From positions 1 to 25,459 of IMG/VR virus record IMGVR_UViG_3300024500_000099: DNA of 25,459 bases; one strand, written 5' to 3'. Under the pieces are notes generated by a model, which did no database searches, was not told the origin of the DNA, and saw only the letters and a program-made list of their open reading frames with translations. The DNA comes from a virus. Its lineage: Duplodnaviria; Caudoviricetes. The position numbers were made by a program, and so were the translations under genes. Positions 14,784-23,692 of this stretch are shown here, in pieces (the first letter of the stretch is position 1; each line of letters opens with the position of its first letter).

Positions 14784-15945
14784 GAAAATTCAAATTAACA
14801 GCTGGGACGAACTACAACCGTTAGAAGTAGTAGCTGTCGGAAGCACTTACGATTCAAGTTTCTTCGACGGTGTAAAAAATAAAAAGATCGGCGATGTATT
14901 AAAAAAGATCGTAGATGAGACTAACGAAGACATAGAATACTTTAAGAGTCAGATGCGCAGTCACAACATACAGGTGCTTCACGCATCACCGAAGGAACTA
15001 GGCTACAAGGACAGCATTTTAGACTACGTCGATGTTAACGGAAAACTAGGCTATGACACATCTAGAAACATAGTTAAAAATAACTTGATTCCTACAAGTC
15101 CTTTACAGATCAGAGATGATAGCATCATCATGGGCAACAAACTGTTGATCACAGACAAGACTTTTGAAGTGCAGGGGTATGTGAAAAAATTCTTAGAGTG
15201 GTTCGGTGAAGATCAGGTAGACTTGTCTGTGTATAACGGACAGTATCAGTTTAATAGAACCGATGTAAATCTAAAATACGAAGCTATAGATCAAGGACTA
15301 GAAGAAAACTACTTCATCGAGAATCCCACAGACGGTGTTAACAACCTTGCAGGTTTCTGTAGTCCTAATCTAACTAGACTGGGCAAGACCTGTATAGTAG
15401 ATCTTTGGCAAAGCGAGGATATACTTTCTTTCTTAAAATCTAAATTTCCAGAATTTGATTATAAGAGTCTAAAGATAGGCGGACACCTAGACAGCATCTT
15501 TAGTGTGCTCAAGCCCGGGTATGTAATAGCAGGTCCTTGGTTTAAGGGCAACGAAAACTTATTTAAGAACTGGGACGTTGTATACTTTGAAGATTCTAAG
15601 TGGGACAAGGTTGCAGCTTTCTATGAACTAAGAGATAAGAACAGAGGAGCATGGTGGGTGCCTGGTGAAGAACATAACGACCAGTTCACTGAATTCGTAG
15701 AAGCTTTCCTTCCTAATTGGACTGGCTACTGCGAAGAAACTATATTTGATCTAAACTGTCTAATAGTCGATGACAAGCATGTGGTCGTTAATGCTGAGAA
15801 TCCAGAGCTACTAAAAGTGTTGAGAGGTCTAGATCTCGAACCCATTGTGTGTCCCCTACGTAACAGATTCTTCTGGGACGGAGGTTGGCACTGTCTTACA
15901 TTGGACATTAGAAGAAGGGGTGGTCAGATTGATTACGGAGTCTGA
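14776..15945 (+). CDS. Amidinotransferase (glycine/inosamine amidinotransferase-like, pentein fold)
   Basis: NSWDELQPLEVVAVG N-terminus, IRD, GHLDS and catalytic GGWHCLTLDIRR motifs. Confidence 0.85.
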   Translation: MSEKIQINSWDELQPLEVVAVGSTYDSSFFDGVKNKKIGDVLKKIVDETNEDIEYFKSQMRSHNIQVLHASPKELGYKDSILDYVDVNGKLGYDTSRNIVKNNLIPTSPLQIRDDSIIMGNKLLITDKTFEVQGYVKKFLEWFGEDQVDLSVYNGQYQFNRTDVNLKYEAIDQGLEENYFIENPTDGVNNLAGFCSPNLTRLGKTCIVDLWQSEDILSFLKSKFPEFDYKSLKIGGHLDSIFSVLKPGYVIAGPWFKGNENLFKNWDVVYFEDSKWDKVAAFYELRDKNRGAWWVPGEEHNDQFTEFVEAFLPNWTGYCEETIFDLNCLIVDDKHVVVNAENPELLKVLRGLDLEPIVCPLRNRFFWDGGWHCLTLDIRRRGGQIDYGV

Positions 15946-16405
15946 GAAATATCTTAGACAGTGGATTACGGAGTTTTTAGATAAACCCGAACCACTGTTA
16001 AACAATCTTCCACCTTGCCCCTATGCTCGAACAGCTAAGATACAGTTTTTAGAAGTTGACGATTACGTCAACGAAGTAAACAGTTGTCTAGACACTTGGA
16101 ATGATCAACAGGATGTTGTCTGCTTTGTCTGCGGGGACGTTGATGCTGTTAAGTTTGCCGTCGATGTAAGATGTCTAAATGATTACTGGATGCCCTACGG
16201 ATTCGTCTGCTTAGAAGATCATAAAGACACACCAGAACCGTTTCATCATTTAGATTTTAGAAACGGCAGATATAATATCATATTAGTTCAGAGACTAGAG
16301 AAGATTAATGCAGCCAGTCTAAAACTTAAATCTTCGGGTTATTACGATAACTGGCCAACTGCTCTATACAACGATGTTGTGGCGTGGAGATTAGACAGGG
16401 CCTAA
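15920..16405 (+). CDS. DUF1415-like protein
   Basis: W....L....LNNLPPCPYA motif. The start is uncertain (GTG 15920 or TTG 15929). Confidence 0.5.
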   Translation: MVRLITESEKYLRQWITEFLDKPEPLLNNLPPCPYARTAKIQFLEVDDYVNEVNSCLDTWNDQQDVVCFVCGDVDAVKFAVDVRCLNDYWMPYGFVCLEDHKDTPEPFHHLDFRNGRYNIILVQRLEKINAASLKLKSSGYYDNWPTALYNDVVAWRLDRA

Positions 16406-16822
16406 TTCTTCGTAGCCACTGATCTCTTGTTTGTATTTTGCAGAAGTTCCTAGATACAAATACTCAAATCCTCGCTGCTTGTAGATAGCGCAGGCATTTT
16501 TTAAACTTTCTATGCCCAGTCTAAGATCCGGGTTTGCATAGTCCCAGGCAAACTGTAAGGCTTCGGCGTTCTTAGAATCATAGACTCTGATCATGTCCCA
16601 GGACACTAACCGATCTTTGTCGTAGTATCCTATAAGCTCTACTGAACTATCTAGATACTGTAGATCGAACACAGGCATAACACTGTCAAACTTTTTATAT
16701 CTACAGTAGGTCTTATAGATATCATTGAGTTGATCAACATTTCTGTCAGTGATATATCTCCACTGATCTGATTTCATAACAGCGTAATCAGTTTCTGCGA
16801 GTTTAATTCTACAAAATTTCAT
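16391..16822 (-). CDS. Stand-alone ATE/Bpt C-terminal-like (aminoacyl-tRNA-protein transferase, GNAT-like) domain
   Basis: GYYDKDRLV...FAWDYANPDLRLGIESLKNACAIYKQRGFEYLYLG parallels the ATE_C 'YDPd..lsLG..s.l.ei..a...g..YlYLG' pattern. Confidence 0.6.
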   Translation of the reverse strand: MKFCRIKLAETDYAVMKSDQWRYITDRNVDQLNDIYKTYCRYKKFDSVMPVFDLQYLDSSVELIGYYDKDRLVSWDMIRVYDSKNAEALQFAWDYANPDLRLGIESLKNACAIYKQRGFEYLYLGTSAKYKQEISGYEELGPV

Positions 16823-18207
16823 TTCAGTATATTCTCTAGCTCAGGAAAATATTCTAAGGCATTCAGTGAACGTATGCCGTCTAGGTTGTTGACATATTCT
16901 TTAAAGTCTGGTAGTAAGTGACTGTGATCCTCTGACTCAACAAATTTTAAGATACCTTCCCATCTGGCCCAACCGTAAGGGTTGACCTTCCAGAAATTAT
17001 CATCTTGTCTATAATTATCCCACAACCATTGCTTAAATTCTGCAAACTGTTCGCGAATCTGTTCTTTTTCTTCCTTGGGCAGTATCCTAGCACTAAGGAA
17101 CGTTGGAATGAATAGTAGGTGCAGGCTAATAATCCCGCCACCTGTTTCAAAATCATCCATCTTGAATTTATTGATCTTTTTAAAGCCCTGGCTGAGTTTC
17201 CACTTGGCAAAGTCGATGATATGCTTGATATTAAAAATCTGCACAGCACAGGCTATGCTGACGTGAATATTGTCTGGAGTATCATCTAACATCCAGAGGC
17301 TGCGTTCTATAGCTGCCCACTCCGACGGATATCTAATATAATAATTCCTATCTCCTAGAGCATCTATGCTAAAGGCAAACCTAACCTGTTTAAAATTAGT
17401 CCATATATCGATCATACGTTGATCTATGAGTATGCCGTTGGAGTTATATCTAAGCTGTATGTTTGAAGCGTAACCTCTCTTAATGATCTCTTCTAAGAAT
17501 CTTTTATGCTCTTTGATCATCAGAGGCTCGCCGCCTGCGAAATAAATCTCTTCTATGTTAGGAATCTGATCAAACACTTCGGTCCAGAACTCCGGTTTTT
17601 CATACCACTGGTTGTTAAACTTATCGACGTCCCAACCTATTTGTTTTAAAACTACTGTGCTTCGGGTTTTGGCAACTAACTGATCGTAATCCTGTGTCCA
17701 TCTAGAACTATCATGTGGGCTGCACATTATACATTTTAGGTTACAGGTATGTCCTAGCCTAAGATCTAGATATCTTATCTTATCAGGAACAGTTCCGTCC
17801 TCGGCAGTTTCTTTTACCAACTGTTCTAGATCTAATCCCTTTTTGTTCCACTCATAGTGTTCCCAGAGTCTTTTGCTGACCACTCCGTTAGATTCCTCTT
17901 CGAAGCATTTGGTGCAGCTGGCAGGTATGTTTCCTTCTAGCATGGTCTTGCGAACACTCTTCATGTAGTCATTGTTCCAAGCACTGAGCAAACTATCCTT
18001 GCCGAAGTTAGCTGGTTCACCGTTTTCTTTCTTAACGAGCCCTACTCCATAATCTCCGGTGTGGGCTCCAGACGCATTGGTTACACAGCATAGACGAGAA
18101 TCACCATTTGGACGTGTGGCCATGTGTATCCAGGGAAGAATACAGAATGATTTCGATCCTGTTTTTTCTTCTACTAGTTTAATAATTTTTTGTCTCTGTT
18201 CTTCCAT
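16819..18207 (-). CDS. Radical SAM enzyme with N-terminal twitch/SPASM-like domain
   Basis: FCILPW...NGDSRLCC...CTKCF, then CNLKCIMC, FAGGEP, YNSNG, SIDA. Likely start ATG 18207 (MEEQRQ). Confidence 0.9.
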   Translation of the reverse strand: MEEQRQKIIKLVEEKTGSKSFCILPWIHMATRPNGDSRLCCVTNASGAHTGDYGVGLVKKENGEPANFGKDSLLSAWNNDYMKSVRKTMLEGNIPASCTKCFEEESNGVVSKRLWEHYEWNKKGLDLEQLVKETAEDGTVPDKIRYLDLRLGHTCNLKCIMCSPHDSSRWTQDYDQLVAKTRSTVVLKQIGWDVDKFNNQWYEKPEFWTEVFDQIPNIEEIYFAGGEPLMIKEHKRFLEEIIKRGYASNIQLRYNSNGILIDQRMIDIWTNFKQVRFAFSIDALGDRNYYIRYPSEWAAIERSLWMLDDTPDNIHVSIACAVQIFNIKHIIDFAKWKLSQGFKKINKFKMDDFETGGGIISLHLLFIPTFLSARILPKEEKEQIREQFAEFKQWLWDNYRQDDNFWKVNPYGWARWEGILKFVESEDHSHLLPDFKEYVNNLDGIRSLNALEYFPELENILK

Positions 18208-18223
18208 ATTAAATATAGTTATC

Positions 18224-18715
18224 ATGAAATACATAGGCAATTTTCAAACCTGGTTACCACAGCATGCCATTGACACAATTCTATTTTCAGAAGGTGATCG
18301 AAGACCAGAACATAAACCAGAATCTTATAAAGACGGACTGGCTAAACTTTGGGCAAAGTCTGGTTTTAATTTTTACAAAATTGGTTGGTCTTTGTATTAT
18401 CAAAGTCATTTTAATAAAGAAATTATTATCCCCACCGAAATTAAAAATGTTTCTAATTGGTGGTTCTGTAAATTAAATCCTGGAGATGTATTTCCGTTAC
18501 ATCAAGATCTATACAAAGATCCAAAACCAGTTAAAAGATATTGGATGGCTTGTCAGGATCATCTACCGGGACATATTTTCTTTTATGGAAAAGAAAGTCT
18601 AAACAATTATAAAGCTGGAGATTTATTTTTGTTTGAGGATGAGAATGAATGGCACGGATCATGTAACATAGGATTCACTCCTAAAATTAGTTTACAGATC
18701 GTGTGCGATCAATAA
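18224..18715 (+). CDS. 2OG-Fe(II) oxygenase (AspH/cupin-like)
   Basis: KLNPGDVFPLHQD (HxD)...WHGSCNIGFTPKISLQI. Likely start ATG 18224. Confidence 0.7.
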   Translation: MKYIGNFQTWLPQHAIDTILFSEGDRRPEHKPESYKDGLAKLWAKSGFNFYKIGWSLYYQSHFNKEIIIPTEIKNVSNWWFCKLNPGDVFPLHQDLYKDPKPVKRYWMACQDHLPGHIFFYGKESLNNYKAGDLFLFEDENEWHGSCNIGFTPKISLQIVCDQ

Positions 18716-19503
18716 CTATCTAAATGATCTATTCCTAGCTGTCTGCGAAACTGGTCAGTGAATCTTCCATCTATCCTAAGTCCGTAGCTCTGCGTATTAC
18801 TTTTTTCGGCACCGTGCCAGTCCGAATCGTTGAACCAGCAGGCTCTAGACTGTATGTAAACTTTTTCTTTTGTTTCAGGATCCCACAGATACATCTGTTT
18901 CTGACTGTTAGGAGAAATATGTATAAATTCGTTCCTGTGTGTTCCGTAGCCGTGAACTCCCATATCTGTTCCGTATAAATCTCTATGACATACAGGAACA
19001 CAGTCATGCTCCTGTTTGAAGAACAAGATCCTTCCGAGATGTGTAAAAATTCCTTCTGCGACTAGATTCTCTAACCAAAGTTTCAAACGAGGAAAATGTT
19101 CAGCATCTGGCGTCCAGGCTTTTTCATCAAATCGTGTTTCCCAACCACCATCCTCTGTTTTTAAAAACACAAACTGATAAGCATCATATCCACCTAAAAC
19201 TAATTTAAGATACTGTATGAATTGATCTCGATTATCCATTTCACCGAGTTCGCGTCCTGCTACTCTAATAGGATCATCTTCTGGCAGTCGATAATATTCT
19301 TCAAGAGCTACGCAAGAGGGCTTAAAAGGAACTTCCCAAGAACCCGGTTCCATGGCTCCAGATGGTTTTACTATATTTCCTTCTTTTTTATATTTTGATA
19401 AGACGATTCCTTTAGACATTTCGGCATGTAGTTTTATAAATCCTTCGATGTCGAGATACCGATCTAAATCAAAATAGGGGTGACCATTAATACCTTTTAT
19501 CAT
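18709..19503 (-). CDS. Putative 2OG-Fe(II) oxygenase
   Basis: GRILFF...CHRD...FNDSDWHG...LRIDG; paralog of 11794-12633. Confidence 0.6.
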   Translation of the reverse strand: MIKGINGHPYFDLDRYLDIEGFIKLHAEMSKGIVLSKYKKEGNIVKPSGAMEPGSWEVPFKPSCVALEEYYRLPEDDPIRVAGRELGEMDNRDQFIQYLKLVLGGYDAYQFVFLKTEDGGWETRFDEKAWTPDAEHFPRLKLWLENLVAEGIFTHLGRILFFKQEHDCVPVCHRDLYGTDMGVHGYGTHRNEFIHISPNSQKQMYLWDPETKEKVYIQSRACWFNDSDWHGAEKSNTQSYGLRIDGRFTDQFRRQLGIDHLDSY

Positions 19504-19513
19504 TTTGGCTCTC

Positions 19514-19538
19514 TATAAATAGTAGCATATTATTTATG
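19514..19538. promoter_or_regulatory. Divergent late-like promoter pair
   Basis: TATAAATA on + (19514-19521) and CATAAATA on - (19531-19538) around a 32-nt divergent spacer. Confidence 0.55.
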
Positions 19539-20198
19539 GAATCCAAAATGACCAGAGAGTATTTATTGAGTGAAGGCAAATGTTTAAAACTAGATTTGCC
19601 AATACCTCACGAAAAAATGCTCGAAGAAGCCAGGGCTATTAGAGACATGTTCATACCTTATCGAACAGGCGAATATGATCACAAGGGCTGGCACAGTGTT
19701 TCATTATACGGATTCTCTCACGACAAGCCTGCTTCTTATGATGCCTACGGGTTCACTGACGGTGGAGAAGCTGCCAAACATTTTATTTGGACTAAAGCAG
19801 CGGATCGTTGCCCTATAACTGTTAACTGGTTAAAGACTGTGTTTCCAACTAACCGATTCGCTAGAGTTAGATTTATGCTGTTAGAAGCAGGCGGATTTAT
19901 TGCTCCGCACGTTGACGCTCCGATTCCTCATATCGAACCAGTTAATATTGCGTTATCTAACCCCGAAGGCTGCGATTGGTTCTGGGGTGACGGGGAAATA
20001 CTTAAATTTCAACCAGGAGATGTTTATGCAATGAACGTCGGTCATAAACACTCAGTCCAAAATAATTCTAAAGAAGATCGATATCACATGATAGTTCATC
20101 ATCACGACTCGACCGACGAATGGAAAAAAATTCTAATTAATGCTATGGAGAAATATGAAGTCCAAGGTTCTTTTGTGTCTAGTTCGTTCCTATATTAA
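19536..20198 (+). CDS. Aspartyl/asparaginyl beta-hydroxylase-like 2OG-Fe(II) oxygenase
   Basis: RVRFMLLEAGGFIAPHVD...MNVGHKHSVQNNSKEDRYHMIVH. Confidence 0.8.
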   Translation: MESKMTREYLLSEGKCLKLDLPIPHEKMLEEARAIRDMFIPYRTGEYDHKGWHSVSLYGFSHDKPASYDAYGFTDGGEAAKHFIWTKAADRCPITVNWLKTVFPTNRFARVRFMLLEAGGFIAPHVDAPIPHIEPVNIALSNPEGCDWFWGDGEILKFQPGDVYAMNVGHKHSVQNNSKEDRYHMIVHHHDSTDEWKKILINAMEKYEVQGSFVSSSFLY

Positions 20199-21453
20199 AA
20201 ATAAATGGATGGCCAACAAAGCTGCACAATTGACCAGGGCGTGTCAAAAATGGTGGAGTGATGGTTCTTATGATCTAGTCGAAGTTGATAATTTTGTAGA
20301 GATCAATAATTACATCAATAACTACGACTGGATCGTAGTTCAATCAGCGGGCGATATAATAACTGATAGAGATTATCTTAGAGAAAAATTAGAAAATATA
20401 GACGATAGCGTTGGGTTGATTGCTCATATATTATGGTATGCACATCACGACACTTGTCCATATATTCATCATCAATGTTTTATTATTAATTGTAAAGCGA
20501 TAAAAAATACTATCACCTTTACAAAAAGAACAGATACAGGAAGATCGTTTGTTAGAAGCGAGGAAGACCTACATGACGGTCATGCACCTTTATCAGTTTG
20601 GTATGGCGATGATACTATAGAAAGGCACATTCAGTTCGGAACTAACTTAATTATTGAGGTTTTAAACAACGGATATAAAGTTCAAAATTTTGATAGGTCG
20701 TGGAGGTTTAATCCTAATAAAAACAGTGACAACCTGTCGTGGATCATTGATAAATTGAATTTCCCTAGCCTACCAACAAGAGGATATATATGGCCAGAAT
20801 TAGAATCTGATCATTACGAAGAGGCATTTAAAAAATTAGAGCCGAACGAATTTTTAGATCCTTTACAAAATGCTATAATTCAATTATTTAAAAATTTGTT
20901 AACTTATAACGATCTTAATGTAATACATTGGGACAAGTTTCCGGAATTAAAAACCCACGATTGTGTTATATCTCCTGCAAACGGATTGTTGGGAGAATCT
21001 CTTTGCCTTTATTCAAACGCTAAAAAAATAATATTTTATGATATTAATAAAAATAATGTAGAATTTAAAAAACATCTCTATTCTAATTGGGATGGAAAAA
21101 ATTATTTTGATTTTGCATATAGCTATGCTAAAGAAAAAAATTTAAACATAGAGCCGTCAACTGAAAACGGTATTGAAGAATCTTTAAAATCAAGAGAAGA
21201 TCTAGAAAGAATTTTTAACAATTGGGATCATATAAAATCTATAGAGAAAGAATTTTTACATATAGATATAATATCAGACTGCGATCAGATAATTTCTAAA
21301 ATTGTCGATACTACTGTAATACATACTAGCACGATCTTCACCTATTACTTACAGAGTAATATCAACCATGACGAAAATGCTATCAAATCTGCTTTTGAAA
21401 AACTAAAACAAAAAATAAATCAAACAAATTCTAAATGGATAGAAACAGAATGA
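20155..21453 (+). CDS. Hypothetical protein (~430 aa), possibly two-domain transferase
   Basis: Long ORF; the C-terminal half has a Rossmann-like KIIFYDIN strand. Likely start ATG 20155; function not assigned. Confidence 0.6.
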   Translation: MKSKVLLCLVRSYIKNKWMANKAAQLTRACQKWWSDGSYDLVEVDNFVEINNYINNYDWIVVQSAGDIITDRDYLREKLENIDDSVGLIAHILWYAHHDTCPYIHHQCFIINCKAIKNTITFTKRTDTGRSFVRSEEDLHDGHAPLSVWYGDDTIERHIQFGTNLIIEVLNNGYKVQNFDRSWRFNPNKNSDNLSWIIDKLNFPSLPTRGYIWPELESDHYEEAFKKLEPNEFLDPLQNAIIQLFKNLLTYNDLNVIHWDKFPELKTHDCVISPANGLLGESLCLYSNAKKIIFYDINKNNVEFKKHLYSNWDGKNYFDFAYSYAKEKNLNIEPSTENGIEESLKSREDLERIFNNWDHIKSIEKEFLHIDIISDCDQIISKIVDTTVIHTSTIFTYYLQSNINHDENAIKSAFEKLKQKINQTNSKWIETE

Positions 21454-22160
21454 CTAATATTTCAACTTGGGATTATTATTTTAACGAAGAGCCCGGAGAT
21501 AAATTTAGAGCTAACTTAGTCTATACAGCCTATGTTAGTCCGGATAAAAAAACTCTTTGCATGAAGTTTTTCAGAGATACTAACTATCATACAGATCCAG
21601 ACGAAAATAAATTGTGGACTGAAGAACTATTAGAAGAAAGATTTCGAAGAGAAATTAAATTTTATAACATAGCAAAAGAAAAAATACCAGTAGCAGACGT
21701 TATTGACATTGACGAAAGATCAAGGTCGATTTATATTAGATGGCCGGAAGATGATTTTTATATGATGGGATATCGAAGTTCATATGATCAAGTTCTACCT
21801 AACTGGAAAGAACAGATCAAAGAACGATTTAAAGAGATGTGGTCTCTAAATATTCTTAAATTTAGTATGCACCCCAACAGTTGGATTTTATACGATGATG
21901 GAATATTAAGACCGTTTAATTGGTTCTTTACATTTTCCGACAACGAAAACGATCGAGCTATAACTGATTTTATGATACAGATTAGTAATACCAGAAGAGA
22001 AACACTAGCTCCTGTTTTAAAACAATATGGTTGGGACATAGATACTGTATACTCTCTTAAAGAATTGCAAAATATAGCCCTAGAAAGTTTTAGAAAAAAC
22101 TATCCCCAAGATCTTATCGACGATCTAAAAAAAATCAAAAAGGAATTCTACAATGATTAA
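21450..22160 (+). CDS. Kinase-like-fold protein (degenerate motifs)
   Basis: LCMKFF (beta3 Lys), FRREIKFY (helix C Glu), SMHPNSWI and RPFNWF at the positions of the catalytic loop and DFG. Likely start ATG 21450. Confidence 0.4.
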   Translation: MTNISTWDYYFNEEPGDKFRANLVYTAYVSPDKKTLCMKFFRDTNYHTDPDENKLWTEELLEERFRREIKFYNIAKEKIPVADVIDIDERSRSIYIRWPEDDFYMMGYRSSYDQVLPNWKEQIKERFKEMWSLNILKFSMHPNSWILYDDGILRPFNWFFTFSDNENDRAITDFMIQISNTRRETLAPVLKQYGWDIDTVYSLKELQNIALESFRKNYPQDLIDDLKKIKKEFYND

Positions 22161-22662
22161 AGGATTAGTAGTCGGTGGGACTGGGAACATAGGAAAATTA
22201 ATCTGTGATAGATTATCCTTCGACTCCGTTTCTCCATCTAACGGTTATAAAGTTCCAGAGAATCTTGACAAAATTATTCAATTGAGCTATAATTATAATG
22301 TCGTTATCAATTGCATACCGGATATAAATCAAAATATTCTATTAGAAAGTCTGTTCGAAGAACATTCTAAAAAAGATTTAGATACATATTTGATCACGCT
22401 CGGTAGTATGTCTTATAAAATGAATTCTTCCGATCATCCAAAAAATAAAATTTTAGAATTTTCAGAAAGCATTCTACTAAGAAAATCTAAAGTTAAGCAT
22501 ACATTAATAAACTTAACATGGTGTTTTAATAATCGAGATATAGATATTATGTCTGTTATATCTAAAGAAGACATAGTGGATGTCTTCAACTTTTTAATAG
22601 AATCAAAAGATAAAAATTCAGTAGTGTCTATGATAGAAATCAAAGGTAAAAATGTTCTATAA
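22153..22662 (+). CDS. Short Rossmann-fold (SDR-like) protein
   Basis: N-terminal GLVVGGTGNIG glycine-rich motif, VVINC and ITLGS strands. Confidence 0.6.
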   Translation: MIKGLVVGGTGNIGKLICDRLSFDSVSPSNGYKVPENLDKIIQLSYNYNVVINCIPDINQNILLESLFEEHSKKDLDTYLITLGSMSYKMNSSDHPKNKILEFSESILLRKSKVKHTLINLTWCFNNRDIDIMSVISKEDIVDVFNFLIESKDKNSVVSMIEIKGKNVL

Positions 22663-23692
22663 AAATATTTCAGTTATTGAAATTGAAAATTCTACTATCT
22701 GCAATGCTAGATGTCCTCAGTGCCTTCGAGAAGAGCTGACGCTTGAAAATATTTCCTTTGATCAGAAATATCTACCTGCTGATTTTTTTAATCTCATTCC
22801 CCTAGAAGTTTATAAAAATTTAAAAAAAATACATTTTGCAGGAACCTTAGGTGATCCTTGTGCTGCTCCTAATTTTTTAGAAATCATAAAACTCGTAAAA
22901 GAAAAAAATAAAGATACTAAAATAACTGTTTCAACTAACGGCGGAATGAAATCTCCTAAATGGTGGAGAGAATTAGCAGAGTTACTATCACCCGATGACT
23001 CTATTATGTTTGCCATAGACGGTTTAGAGAATACTAATCATATCTATAGAGTAAATGTAAACTGGAATAACTTAATAAAAAATGTAAGATCGTTTATTAA
23101 ACACGGAGGAAACGCTAGTTGGCAGTTTATTGTTTTTAAACATAACCAACATCAAATAGATCAAGCAGGGGTTTTAGCCAAAGACCTAGGCTTTAAAGAA
23201 TTTATTGTAAAAAAATCTCATCGATTTCCTATTACAGATTTGAAAGGATTGAAATTGATAGGTGGGGATAATGTTCCGATCGAACCTTCTACCGATGGCA
23301 TGTATGTTAATGAAATAAAATTTATTCCTAACTATAAAACCTGGAAAGAAGATACAAAAGATTTAACCATCGATTGTGACGCCCAACAAGAACAATCAGT
23401 TTACATAGATGTAGAAGGACGCTTATTTCCCTGTTGTTATATAGCATCGTCATTATATCAATTTAAAACTTTTGCAGGACAGTTTTATAATCACGGCTGG
23501 GACGAATTTTGGACAACTAACGGTGACGATCACATTAATCTTTATAAAAATGATTGGGATACTATATTAACAGGAAATTTTTATAAAGAAATACAAAGAA
23601 AATGGACTTCGGAAGATAGACTTAACATATGCACCTTTTTCTGTGGCGGCAACGGTAAATCTCCAAATCCTGTAATTAGAGAAGAAATATAA
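22652..23692 (+). CDS. Radical SAM enzyme with C-terminal SPASM/twitch-like domain
   Basis: CNARCPQC, GTLGDP, STNGG, C...VYIDVEGRLFPCCY...CTFFC; paralog of 8458-9543. Confidence 0.9.
   Translation: MFYKNISVIEIENSTICNARCPQCLREELTLENISFDQKYLPADFFNLIPLEVYKNLKKIHFAGTLGDPCAAPNFLEIIKLVKEKNKDTKITVSTNGGMKSPKWWRELAELLSPDDSIMFAIDGLENTNHIYRVNVNWNNLIKNVRSFIKHGGNASWQFIVFKHNQHQIDQAGVLAKDLGFKEFIVKKSHRFPITDLKGLKLIGGDNVPIEPSTDGMYVNEIKFIPNYKTWKEDTKDLTIDCDAQQEQSVYIDVEGRLFPCCYIASSLYQFKTFAGQFYNHGWDEFWTTNGDDHINLYKNDWDTILTGNFYKEIQRKWTSEDRLNICTFFCGGNGKSPNPVIREEI

Noticed and set aside
11076-15945. 7-deazaguanine/archaeosine DNA modification operon
   Set aside because: No FolE, QueD or DpdA in the window, and the radical SAMs carry extra Cys-rich domains unlike QueE. 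It cannot be excluded from this window alone.
18059-18240. Long head-to-head overlap between the 16819-18240 and 18059-18715 ORFs
   Set aside because: It disappears when the starts are set at 18207 (-) and 18224 (+).
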